From a bacterium (lineage in GTDB: Bacteria > Krumholzibacteriota > Krumholzibacteriia > G020349025), in assembly GCA_031362565.1 (NCBI GenBank), contig JANLSU010000006.1, positions 1-64,000 on the forward strand: DNA of 64,000 nt, written 5' to 3'. The position numbers and the translations under genes were made by a program. This document shows positions 37,104-46,470 of the stretch, in pieces (the stretch's first letter is position 1; each line of letters opens with the position of its first letter). The notes under the pieces were generated by a model that saw only the letters and a program-made list of their open reading frames with translations, was not told the DNA's origin and searched no databases.

Positions 37104-37595
37104 CTCGCCGCTGCGAACGAGGGGCGATCGTTCTCTGGAGCCTCGGGTACGATGCCTCCCGACATCACTGATGTCGAGCGCTGTCGCAGCGGCGGCGATT
37201 CTACCACCGCCCAATCGGCCTCGCCAAGGACTGGCGTACAAATGACTCGATGCGACGTGGATCTCAATCGGGCCCCGTAGGGACCTTGAGCAGATCATGA
37301 ATCGCTCGATGATCTGGATATTGAATCGCCCCGGGATCGCCGGAGACTCCAATCCTTGAGAGGACGCTCCTATTGTCCGTAAGCGGTCTATAGTCGGAGC
37401 CTAGCTCCCGGTCCGGACTTGGGATAGAAGAGCCGACGCGAGTCCGGTTTTTTTCGCGGAGGTCCGGAGCGTACTCCGTTAGACGCGGCTAGCGTCTGCT
37501 GAATTACATCCACCTAGCGCAGCGCCATACGCCAGAACGATGGCGCAGATCTTGGACCCAGCACGGCGTGGCCGGTAGCTGAGCCACTGCGTTGG

Positions 37596-37681
37596 TGGTG
37601 CCGGGGCCGGGACTCGAACCCGGACACCCTTTCGGATAGAGGATTTTAAGTCCTCGGCGTCTGCCATTCCGCCACCCCGGC
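37596..37681 (-). tRNA. tRNA-Leu(TAA)
   Basis: GCCGGGG acceptor, GAGGA-cTTAAaa-TCCTC anticodon arm, long variable arm, GTTCGA T-loop, encoded CCA. Confidence 0.97.
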
Positions 37682-37819
37682 TACCGGAGTGGATGCTAGG
37701 AAGTGGGGAGGCGCGAGGCAAGGTGTCTTCGGTTTGCTGCCGCCGCAGCCGCGTCGCCAACCGTGGCTATCGAGCGGGGAACGACACTGGTGCGACCGCG
37801 GGACTCATAGGGCCGGCCT

Positions 37820-39781
37820 CTACCGCTTGATCTTCCACCGCGACCAGCGTCCCGGGGTAGGCCCGGCGGGTTCCAGCTCCTCGAGGGCGGTCGCTAGGTC
37901 CTGCATCGTCTGGTAGCGCTCCGCCTTGTCCTTCTGCAGGGTCTTCGTGACGATTGCCGCGAGTGCTTCGGGCAGATCGGGGTTCGCCTTGCGGATCGGC
38001 GGTGGCTCTTTGTTCACGATGGCGTACAGCACTGACATCTGGGTGTCGCCCTCGAAGGGCCGCCGGCCCGAGAACAGCTCGTACAGAACGATCCCGAAGG
38101 AGAAAATGTCGGTGCGGTGGTCGATGGTTCCGCCCTTCGCCTGCTCCGGGGACATGTACGCGGGGGTGCCGAGGGCGATCCCTGTCCGGGTGAGTTTCTC
38201 TTCGCTTTCGAGCTGCAGTTGCGCCAGGCCGAAATCCATGACTTTCACGACGCCTTCGTCGGTGATCATGATGTTGTCCGGCTTGATGTCGCGATGGACA
38301 ATCGAATTGGCGTGAGCGGCTGCGAACGCCCTTCCGGCCTGGATCGCAGCGCCAACCTGCGCATTGAAATTCTTAGGATCGTCGTGCCGCCAGACCTTCA
38401 GGGTGCGCCCTTGCACGAATTCCATGGAGATGTAATACCGGCCGTGATCTTCTCCGACCTCGTACACCGTCGCGATTCCGGGGTGGCTCAAACTCGATGC
38501 GGCCTGGGCCTCGCGCATGAATCGCTCCACGTACCGCTCGTCGGCCGACAGCATCTTTGGCAGTAGAACCTTCAGTGCCACGATCCGCTTGAGCTTGACG
38601 TCGCGCGCCTTATAGACCACGCCCATTCCGCCGGCGCCGATCTTGCCGAGAATTTCATGATGGCCGAGCGTTTCGCCAGGTTCCGGCAGGCCTTTGAGCG
38701 CGACGGTTCCGCCGCTGCTATGGGTCCCCGAAGGTGCGGGATCGAAATCCAAGACCTTCGACAAGCCGTCCGACTCCCGCCGCAGCCATCTCTCGAAGAA
38801 GAAGTTGGAGATGCTGTAACCCGTACCCACCTGCTTGACGCAACCCAACTGTCTCAGTTCGTAGAGGAGTGCGCTGACGCGATCACCGCCGACGCCGACG
38901 CGCGTTTCCAGAGCCACCGTGTCCAGATTCTCGCCCTGTACGAGGAGCAGGAGGATCTTCTTTTCGGCTGGATCGAGTGACTCGTAATCCACCGCAAAGA
39001 AGTGTGAGACCATGTCATCGGCGCTCGCTTCCTCGATCACTTCACCCAGAGTTCGGCCATCGAAAAGGCGCTCGCACAACAGTTGAACGAGGTACGGGTG
39101 ATTGTTGGTCTTCTCCATGACCGCCTGAACGTCCTCGGGCCTGAAGCCGCCCGGTTGGATCAGTGTCCTCGCTTCCTCATCGCTCAACCTCGAGAGATAC
39201 AACGGCGGAACGAACCCGTTCAGGAACGGCGACGTGTCGGTGAGTGCGCTGCGCTCGAGCTGGCCCAAACGCCGGGTGGCCGTGAGCACCGTGCGCAACG
39301 CCTCGCCCTGCTGCAGCACCCGCCGGAGTCGAGGCAGAGTCTCGGGCGCCGCCTTCTCGATGTTGAGGAGTTCCTCGCATTCGTCACAGAGCAGCATCAG
39401 GCTGAGGTTCTTGTCCCGCGCCTTGCGCTCCAGGTGACGCAGGATCTCGAACACGGTCATCCCGGCAAGCTCGTCGCAGCCGACCCCGATCGCCTCGAAG
39501 CGCTCGTCAGCGGCCTCGACGCTCTCGATCAAACTCTCCTTGAGGCCGGCCAGATCTCGGCTGCCCTGCAGATCCCACAAGAGAACGATGTATTCGCCGG
39601 CGTAAGGCGGGGACTGGCTCAGATGCTCGAGCTGCTTGAGTAACGACGTCTTGCCCAAGCGGCGCGTGCCGGCGACCCAAACGTAGTTCCGGCTTCCGTG
39701 CAGCACTTTCTCGAGCAGATCCTGGCGGCCGATGAACTTCTCACCACGCACCCATTTTCCCGCCGTGAAGGGATTCTTCAT
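37820..39781 (-). CDS. STAND-like P-loop ATPase + wHTH + Ser/Thr kinase fusion
   Basis: NPF.AG..FIGR, GTRRLGKTS, LLCDE, HPYLVQ; kinase GAGGMG, VALK, HRDIKPDN, DFG, YMSPEQ. Confidence 0.9.
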   Translation of the reverse strand: MKNPFTAGKWVRGEKFIGRQDLLEKVLHGSRNYVWVAGTRRLGKTSLLKQLEHLSQSPPYAGEYIVLLWDLQGSRDLAGLKESLIESVEAADERFEAIGVGCDELAGMTVFEILRHLERKARDKNLSLMLLCDECEELLNIEKAAPETLPRLRRVLQQGEALRTVLTATRRLGQLERSALTDTSPFLNGFVPPLYLSRLSDEEARTLIQPGGFRPEDVQAVMEKTNNHPYLVQLLCERLFDGRTLGEVIEEASADDMVSHFFAVDYESLDPAEKKILLLLVQGENLDTVALETRVGVGGDRVSALLYELRQLGCVKQVGTGYSISNFFFERWLRRESDGLSKVLDFDPAPSGTHSSGGTVALKGLPEPGETLGHHEILGKIGAGGMGVVYKARDVKLKRIVALKVLLPKMLSADERYVERFMREAQAASSLSHPGIATVYEVGEDHGRYYISMEFVQGRTLKVWRHDDPKNFNAQVGAAIQAGRAFAAAHANSIVHRDIKPDNIMITDEGVVKVMDFGLAQLQLESEEKLTRTGIALGTPAYMSPEQAKGGTIDHRTDIFSFGIVLYELFSGRRPFEGDTQMSVLYAIVNKEPPPIRKANPDLPEALAAIVTKTLQKDKAERYQTMQDLATALEELEPAGPTPGRWSRWKIKR

Positions 39782-41919
39782 GTCGTGTCACCTCCCTCGA
39801 CCACGCTCAGAACGACCTCCCGCACGGCTTCCACGTCGCCCACCGTGACTCGGCGGCGCTTCTCTTCGATGATCCGGTTGATGACGTTGATGCAGAATCT
39901 CTGGATGAGGTAAGGCTTGCGCTCGCTGTACTCGAGGATGCTATCGATGGCGCGGGCGTCGTAGCTGAAGATCCCCTTCACGGGCTCGCAGATCAGGTTC
40001 GTCGCGTCATCGGCTTGCAGCGGCGGAATCTCCATCTCCTGGAAAAAGTTGTACCAAGGGCTGCCTTCGCTCTCCCAGTTCTTCCGGATATAGGCACCTG
40101 ACATCACCGCGACGAGGTTGTCGGCAAAGGACTTCATGAACACACTCCGGAGCCGTTGATTGACTTGCTCGGAGTACTTGTTCAGTTCGTCGACCTCATC
40201 GATCAGGAGCACGAGCTTGAGCTGCTTCTCGGTCGTCTTCTTCAGCGCGTCGATCAAGGTCTTGAGATCGCGCGAGAACTCCCGCCCGGAATAATCGTTC
40301 TTGTTCCTCTGAAGCTCGAAGGACAGCACGTCTTTCAGTCTGGGCCTGCACGCCTCCAAGATGTCTTCTATGAGCGTGTTGAAGAAGCGATCCTCCGACG
40401 TCCCTTGCAGGTCGATCATCACCGGGATGTAGAGGTAGTCGGGGTCCTTGAGGGTTTCGAGCCGGCGCTTGAGTTCATGCTGCAGCGACGTCTTGCCGAT
40501 CCGGCGCGGTCCGTAGAGCATGAGGCTGTTGTTGTGCAATGTGTTCAGGATGCGGGTCAGGAGTTGTTCGCGCCCGAAGAGCATCTTTTCGTTACGGATC
40601 GGCGATCCTGCGATATACGGGTTGTACTTGTTGATGATGGCGATGCGGTACTTGATCGCCTTCTGCAGCAGCACGGCGCCAAGTCCGAGCAGGGCAATCG
40701 CGGCCAGGGAAATCCGAAAAACCGCCGTTTCGTACACCGCGGGCTTCCGGAAGATTCTGAACGGCTCGGGAGTCCAGTGTTGCGGCGAGTCCACGTCGTA
40801 CGCCGTGACGACGATCTGGTTCTCGCCCTTCTGGAGTGGAATGTCGGTGGCGAAGGCGATGCGCTTCGGGTCGTCGGTTGGACCTGGTCGAATCATGACT
40901 CGCACGCCCGATGCATCGAGCAACGGCGCGCCGTTCAGAGTGAACTCGATGTGATCGATGCCTTGGTCGTCCCCGACCTGGCCGGCCAGCCGCGCGTTGC
41001 CGGATCGCACCTGCGTCACTGAACCCGCGGGGGTGGAGATCGCGAAGAGTGGGGCAATGCTCTGCGGCATCGCCGGATCGGGCGGCTCGACGATCTTCTC
41101 GTCGGTCTTTTGTTTCAATCCCGCCAGATCGGCCTGGGTCTTGCGCACCCATGCCGCGGCAACGCCGAGATTGGGATCCTGCTGCAGGGCCGCCGTGAAC
41201 TCTTTGAGCGCCAGCTGGTACTCACCCAGCAGGTAGTGATTGAGCCCAGCTTCGAACCTCTCCCGACCCATCGGCGCCACCGGTGGCGGTAGTAATGGCC
41301 TAGGGATGTCGGGTTCCTGCCTCATCAAGCGGATGTATTGTTCGAGACTGTTCCAGCGCCGGTCACCAGGACGGCGAGTCTTCAGCTCGTCGATCTTGGC
41401 TTGCGCCTGGATAAAGTCCTCCGCGTCGATCAAATCGAGTGTCGCCGACAGCGTCGAGAGCGTCGAGTCGCGAGAGTCCGGCGCCGCTGGGCGCGGCTCG
41501 GCAGGAAGAACGAGCTGCTCGGCGATCTTCTTCAAACGTTCGAGATGATGCTGGTGGGTAGTTTTCGCAACCTCGCCCGCCTGTTCTTCCTTGCGAAAAT
41601 TCTCCAACGCCAATCGCGAGTCACCGGAGTAGAGATACGCCTGTCCAAGATAGTAATACGGCAAGTACTCGACGAGTTTGAGGCCGGCGGTCATTGCTTG
41701 ACGGTCGGGGTGCGAGCGATCTGCGACAGCGGCTTGAAAGCTCGCAACGGCCTTGTTCCAGTCGCCGTGGTCGAGCGCGCTCTTGCCGTTCTCGTAAGCC
41801 TCGTTCCAAACCTCGGCGTGCAGCGCGGATCCCGAGAGGCAGATGGCAAGGAATACAACACAGGTCGAGATGTGCCATCGGTGTTCAGGCGCGAGACCCG
41901 ACATTTTGATCAACCGCAT
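39778..41919 (-). CDS. Signal peptide-TPR-Ig-TM-STAND-like ATPase
   Basis: Signal ending ALHA; TPRs; GENQIVVTAYD Ig; TM ISLAAIALLGLGAVLL; NPYIAG..LFGRE, GPRRIGKTS, LLIDEVD, KPYLIQ. Confidence 0.88.
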   Translation of the reverse strand: MRLIKMSGLAPEHRWHISTCVVFLAICLSGSALHAEVWNEAYENGKSALDHGDWNKAVASFQAAVADRSHPDRQAMTAGLKLVEYLPYYYLGQAYLYSGDSRLALENFRKEEQAGEVAKTTHQHHLERLKKIAEQLVLPAEPRPAAPDSRDSTLSTLSATLDLIDAEDFIQAQAKIDELKTRRPGDRRWNSLEQYIRLMRQEPDIPRPLLPPPVAPMGRERFEAGLNHYLLGEYQLALKEFTAALQQDPNLGVAAAWVRKTQADLAGLKQKTDEKIVEPPDPAMPQSIAPLFAISTPAGSVTQVRSGNARLAGQVGDDQGIDHIEFTLNGAPLLDASGVRVMIRPGPTDDPKRIAFATDIPLQKGENQIVVTAYDVDSPQHWTPEPFRIFRKPAVYETAVFRISLAAIALLGLGAVLLQKAIKYRIAIINKYNPYIAGSPIRNEKMLFGREQLLTRILNTLHNNSLMLYGPRRIGKTSLQHELKRRLETLKDPDYLYIPVMIDLQGTSEDRFFNTLIEDILEACRPRLKDVLSFELQRNKNDYSGREFSRDLKTLIDALKKTTEKQLKLVLLIDEVDELNKYSEQVNQRLRSVFMKSFADNLVAVMSGAYIRKNWESEGSPWYNFFQEMEIPPLQADDATNLICEPVKGIFSYDARAIDSILEYSERKPYLIQRFCINVINRIIEEKRRRVTVGDVEAVREVVLSVVEGGDTT

Positions 41920-41921
41920 GG

Positions 41922-43283
41922 TTAGAACTCGATATGAGCGGAGCCGGTGACCGAATTGACCTCTCGCGACGCCAACAGGCCCAAGTCCAACTTGAAGTTA
42001 CCGATCGGTACGATGCCGATTCCTCCAGCGAAGTAGGTCCGATCCTTGGCCTCGGGATAGAAGCCCTGCAGATTCACATTGCCTTCACTAGCATGAATGC
42101 GATGGCCGGGGTTGGTGAAGGCGCCAGCTCGCACCGGCACGATGCCCAACCAAGGCAGGTCGGCGATGAACTCCACCCCGACGTGAAACTCGTAGGCGTC
42201 AGTGGCCACCAAGTCCGGCTGTCCGTCGGGGTCCCGGTAGGTTCCGCCGGCGTCCGGCGTGTCGTCGGCGATCGCATTGCGGCTGTTGCCATCCAAGAGG
42301 TCGGAGTACTCGATCCGCGCCACGTCGAAGGCGAACCGCAGTCGATCCATCATCACATAGTAGAAGCCCAGGCCTTGGGAATCGGGAATGTGGAAATCGA
42401 ACGGCACATTCCGCAACAAGCTGGCGGGAAGCACCTCCGCGCCGACCGTGTACTCGGGAAGGAAAACATCGCTGTGGAACGTGTACTTGGGACGGACGTG
42501 CGCCACAGCGCCAAGGAACAGTTTATTCCGGAAAAGGGTGGCCAGCATCCCGAGATCATAGGTCGGGGCGACGTCAGTCTGGTCCAGCGTCGTGACGGAG
42601 TACATGGTTTCTACGGAGTTCCGCCTTGGCGCACTGCCATTGGCAACCTCCGGATCCAAGAAAAGGTGCTCGCTCGCGCTGATCCTGAGGAAGGACAACC
42701 GGGTACACGCGCCGAAGCTGATGCGATTCGACGGCGCATAAGCCATCGCAACGCATTCGTCGACGAGCGTCAGGTTCAGAGTGACTCGGCGTCCGGGAAA
42801 GTTGCCCAGGCCCCCGAGCACCTGACGAGCGTTGAGGGGCGACCGGGTCGTGAGGAATTGCTGGGTCTCGAACTCGAAGCGCGAATCCATCTGGACCTGG
42901 CGAAACATCGAAAAAGCGAACTTCTTCATCGGATAGACGAGGCTGACCAGGCTTTGTTCGAAGTTGGATGAGCGGAAACGCTTCGTGCCCGTTGGGTTGT
43001 CCGGGGAGCCTTCAGGCTCGTCATAGTTGAGTTGTGACCAGCGTTGGTGCGTGGACGCTCCGGGTTTGTCGAGGCGCGTCATCCCAGCCGGATTGACGCT
43101 GGACGAGATCTCGTCTTGGGCCGCCGCGATGAACGCGCCAGCCAGTCCGCTCGGTCGCGCGCCGGGGACAATGAAGTCGACCCTGAAATAGCGCGGATCC
43201 AACGCCGCGACGGGAGGGCGCTGCGCTTCGCAGTCCCAGGCGACGAGCAAGATGAGAACACCGGCGCAGTGCGACAGCCGCAT
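41922..43283 (-). CDS. FadL/OmpP1/PorV-like outer-membrane beta-barrel
   Basis: PGARPSGLAGAFIA..NPAGM hatch motif; terminal Phe (AHIEF). Confidence 0.8.
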   Translation of the reverse strand: MRLSHCAGVLILLVAWDCEAQRPPVAALDPRYFRVDFIVPGARPSGLAGAFIAAAQDEISSSVNPAGMTRLDKPGASTHQRWSQLNYDEPEGSPDNPTGTKRFRSSNFEQSLVSLVYPMKKFAFSMFRQVQMDSRFEFETQQFLTTRSPLNARQVLGGLGNFPGRRVTLNLTLVDECVAMAYAPSNRISFGACTRLSFLRISASEHLFLDPEVANGSAPRRNSVETMYSVTTLDQTDVAPTYDLGMLATLFRNKLFLGAVAHVRPKYTFHSDVFLPEYTVGAEVLPASLLRNVPFDFHIPDSQGLGFYYVMMDRLRFAFDVARIEYSDLLDGNSRNAIADDTPDAGGTYRDPDGQPDLVATDAYEFHVGVEFIADLPWLGIVPVRAGAFTNPGHRIHASEGNVNLQGFYPEAKDRTYFAGGIGIVPIGNFKLDLGLLASREVNSVTGSAHIEF

Positions 43284-43634
43284 GACTTGGTTTCCCCCGA
43301 TGGCCGCGAGTTTTGTCATCGTACCGGATCCGGGGTCGCGTTGCACGGCCGGGTCCCTGGGGCTTCCCACGGCCCCCGGCTCTTTTTTCACTCGACCGAT
43401 CCTTTCACCCGGTCGCGCGTCTGGGCGCACCCCGGTCGCATCACACTCCGTTCCGTCCTCCTGTCACGCACGGGAGGTGCCCATGGTCTCGCCAACTCGC
43501 ACACGATCGCATAGGGTTCTGGGCGCCGCTGCGGCGGCACTCCTCCTGCCGTCTTCGGAGGCCTGCCTGGACGCCGTTCGCGCCGCATGCCATCATGCGG
43601 CTTCTATCAGATGCCACACCCACGGAGGTCTCGC

Positions 43635-44618
43635 GTGGCGGACGCCATCGTCCTGCACAACGTCACGAAAACGTTCGGCTCGAAGGTCGCGGTGAGCGAA
43701 CTGGACCTGGTCGTACCGACCGGTGCGCTCTACGGCGTTATCGGACCGAACGGCGCCGGAAAGACGACCAGCATCCGGATCATCCTGTCGATCCTGTTTC
43801 CGGATCGCGGTGACGTCCACGTGCTGGGACACAAGTCGGCGCTCGAGGCCAAGGACCGCATTGGGTACCTGCCCGAAGAACGCGGCGTCTATCGCAAGAT
43901 GAAGGTGGGCGACTTCCTCACTTACATGGCGCACCTGAAGGGCTTGAGCGGCTCCGACCTGCCGGCGCGCATCAACCGCTGGCTGGAGCGCGTGGGGCTG
44001 GGTGGCACGGCGCAAAAGCGCTGCGACGAACTCTCGAAGGGTATGCAGCAGAAGGTGCAATTCGTAGCGGCGGTCATTCATGAACCGGCGCTCGTCATCT
44101 TGGACGAACCGTTCAGTGGTCTCGATCCGGTGAGTTCGCGGCAGTTGCGTGAACTCGTGCTGGAGGAACACGCGCGCGGCGCGACGGTCATTTTCTCGAC
44201 CCACGTCATGGAACACGCCGAACAACTCTGCGACCACATCGTCATGATTCACGGTGGGCGCAAAGTGCTCGACTCGAACATCCGGCAGATCCGCAATTCG
44301 CAAGCCGTGCGCGGTTTGTGGTTTGAACCGCTTGAACCGAATGCGCCGGTGGATGACGTGCGGCAAGTGCCGGGGGTGCTACGCGTCGAGCGGAATGGCG
44401 GGGCTTGGGAAGTGACTCTCGCGAGCGGAGTCGATCCGGCAACCGCGCTGCGCGCGGTCGCGACTTCAGTTCCCTGTGCGCGCGTCGAATTGCGCCGGCC
44501 CACTCTGGAGGATGTCTTCGTGAGCATTGTGAGCGGCTCTACGGATGGTGCGTCGCAGGATGCGGCCCAGTTACGCGATCAATTGCGTGCCGGCTCGGCG
44601 GGGGAGGTGCGGGCATGA
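43635..44618 (+). CDS. ABC-2 exporter ATP-binding subunit
   Basis: GPNGAGKTT, LSKGM, LDEPF, STH; GGAGG RBS. Confidence 0.92.
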   Translation: MADAIVLHNVTKTFGSKVAVSELDLVVPTGALYGVIGPNGAGKTTSIRIILSILFPDRGDVHVLGHKSALEAKDRIGYLPEERGVYRKMKVGDFLTYMAHLKGLSGSDLPARINRWLERVGLGGTAQKRCDELSKGMQQKVQFVAAVIHEPALVILDEPFSGLDPVSSRQLRELVLEEHARGATVIFSTHVMEHAEQLCDHIVMIHGGRKVLDSNIRQIRNSQAVRGLWFEPLEPNAPVDDVRQVPGVLRVERNGGAWEVTLASGVDPATALRAVATSVPCARVELRRPTLEDVFVSIVSGSTDGASQDAAQLRDQLRAGSAGEVRA

Positions 44619-45997
44619 AAAAGATCTGGTGGGTGGCGCGGCGCGAATTTCTGGCGACGGTCACGACCAAGGGATTCATCGTTGGCGTGCTCCTGACCCC
44701 GGCGATGATCGCCATGATGATCCTTCTTTTTCCGCGCTTGATGAACGAGAAGACACCGCGCGTTGAAGGCGAGATCGCGATTCTGGATTCGACGGGCGAA
44801 GTCGCGGACGGCGTCAAAACCTTCCTGGCGCCGGAGGCGATGGCCGAGCGCCGCGCCGCGGACCAAAAGGCGTTCAAGGCGATGGCGGATGCCAAGCTAG
44901 GGCCAGCAGCGAAAATGCCGCAGGCCAAGCTCGGCACGGACATGATCGAGGCCCAGTTAGGCGAGGTGCCGAAGTTCGAAGTCGTGATCCTGCCGGCGGG
45001 AACCAACCTCGACCACGAGAAGGAACCGCTCAAACTGATCGGCGACCCCAAGAACCGCTTGGCGGTCGTCGTCGTGCATCCGGACGCCGTCGTGCCCGCG
45101 GCTGGCAGTTCGACGTTCGGCAGCTACGACCTGTTCGTGCGCGGCAAGCTCGACGACCGGATCGAGGACGATATCCGCGAGGGGCTCAAGCACTCGATCG
45201 TCGATGCGCGCGTCAAAGGCCAAGGCATGAACCGGGCGCAGATCGAAGCCCTGACACAAGTCAAGCGCGTGCCGTCGACGAGTGTCACGACGGGCGGCGA
45301 GCGGCAGACCAACGAAATCGTCAATGCGCTCTTGCCGATGGGCTTCATGGGGCTCCTGCTCGTCTCGGTCTTGATGAGCGGCCAGTACCTGATGACGAGC
45401 ACCATCGAAGAAAAATCGAACCGCGTCGTCGAAGTGCTGCTCTCGGCCGTTTCGCCCAAGGAACTCATGGTGGGCAAGGTGTTGGGCGGCATGGCCATCG
45501 GCTTGTTGATCCTGGCGCTCTACATGGGCCTCGGCGTGTGGGCGCTCTTTACCTTCGCTGTGGCCGGCATCGTCGACATGCATTTGTTCATCTACCTGAT
45601 CGTCTTCTTCTTCATCTCGTACTTCGTGATGGCGAGCATGATGGCGGCCATCGGTTCGGCCGTGAACGAACTGCGCGAAGCGCAAACTCTCATGATGCCG
45701 CTGACCATGTCGCTCATGATTCCATGGATCCTGTGGGCACCATTGAGCCGCAACCCGAACTCGGCATTTGCGGTGGCCCTCAGCATGATTCCGCCGATGA
45801 ACAGTTTTGCGATGATGCTGCGGCTGACCTCGACCTCACCGCCGCCGCTCTGGCAGGCGCTGCTTTCGATCGGCATCGGGATCGTGTCGGCCTACGTGGC
45901 CATTTGGTTCGCGGCCAAGGTTTTCCGGATCGGCGTTCTCATGTATGGCAAGCCGCCGAATTTCGCGACGCTGGTGCGCTGGGCGCGCATGGCATGA
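44615..45997 (+). CDS. ABC-2 exporter permease (NatB/YhaP-like)
   Basis: VARREF start, EEKSNRVVEVLLS, multiple TM helices. Confidence 0.9.
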   Translation: MKKIWWVARREFLATVTTKGFIVGVLLTPAMIAMMILLFPRLMNEKTPRVEGEIAILDSTGEVADGVKTFLAPEAMAERRAADQKAFKAMADAKLGPAAKMPQAKLGTDMIEAQLGEVPKFEVVILPAGTNLDHEKEPLKLIGDPKNRLAVVVVHPDAVVPAAGSSTFGSYDLFVRGKLDDRIEDDIREGLKHSIVDARVKGQGMNRAQIEALTQVKRVPSTSVTTGGERQTNEIVNALLPMGFMGLLLVSVLMSGQYLMTSTIEEKSNRVVEVLLSAVSPKELMVGKVLGGMAIGLLILALYMGLGVWALFTFAVAGIVDMHLFIYLIVFFFISYFVMASMMAAIGSAVNELREAQTLMMPLTMSLMIPWILWAPLSRNPNSAFAVALSMIPPMNSFAMMLRLTSTSPPPLWQALLSIGIGIVSAYVAIWFAAKVFRIGVLMYGKPPNFATLVRWARMA

Positions 45998-46010
45998 CAA
46001 GGAGTGACAG

Positions 46011-46460
46011 ATGAACTGGAAATGGATCGGGATTCTGGCCTGTGTGAGCCTTTTGACGGCGCTGCTGACGGTGTTCGGCGTCATGCCGGAAGGCCCGATG
46101 GGCATCGTGATCGGCATCGTCGAGGGCCTGGCGCTGAGCTATGTCTTTGCGCGGAACACGGATGAGAGGTTTTTCCGGAACGGGTTCACACTTGGGGCGG
46201 TGAGTGGGCTGGTCGCCTCGCTCGTGCAGATGATGTTCTTCAACACGATGGTCGAAAACAATCCCCAGATGTCCGAGCGCATGTCGAAAATGCCGAGCAG
46301 CGTGAATCCGGTCGTGTTCATGGCGATCAGCGCCCCGATCACGATCGCCGTGAGCGGTGCGCTGCAGGGGCTCTTCACCTTGGGAATGGCGGCGCTTTTG
46401 GGCAAGCGCAGCGGCCGGCGTGCGGTCCCACCGCCGTCGTCACCGCCGTCGCCCGTGTGA
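46011..46460 (+). CDS. Four-TM membrane protein
   Basis: Four hydrophobic segments; in operon. Confidence 0.7.
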   Translation: MNWKWIGILACVSLLTALLTVFGVMPEGPMGIVIGIVEGLALSYVFARNTDERFFRNGFTLGAVSGLVASLVQMMFFNTMVENNPQMSERMSKMPSSVNPVVFMAISAPITIAVSGALQGLFTLGMAALLGKRSGRRAVPPPSSPPSPV

Positions 46461-46470
46461 TGTTGCAGCC

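Noticed and set aside
37110..37350. PIN/VapC toxin remnant (ICTPVLGEA)
   Set aside because: One weak motif with no supporting acidic residues or partner gene
1..37600. Integron cassette array
   Set aside because: No intI, no recurring attC-like RYYYAAC..GTTRRRY hairpins recognised, and genes lie on both strands
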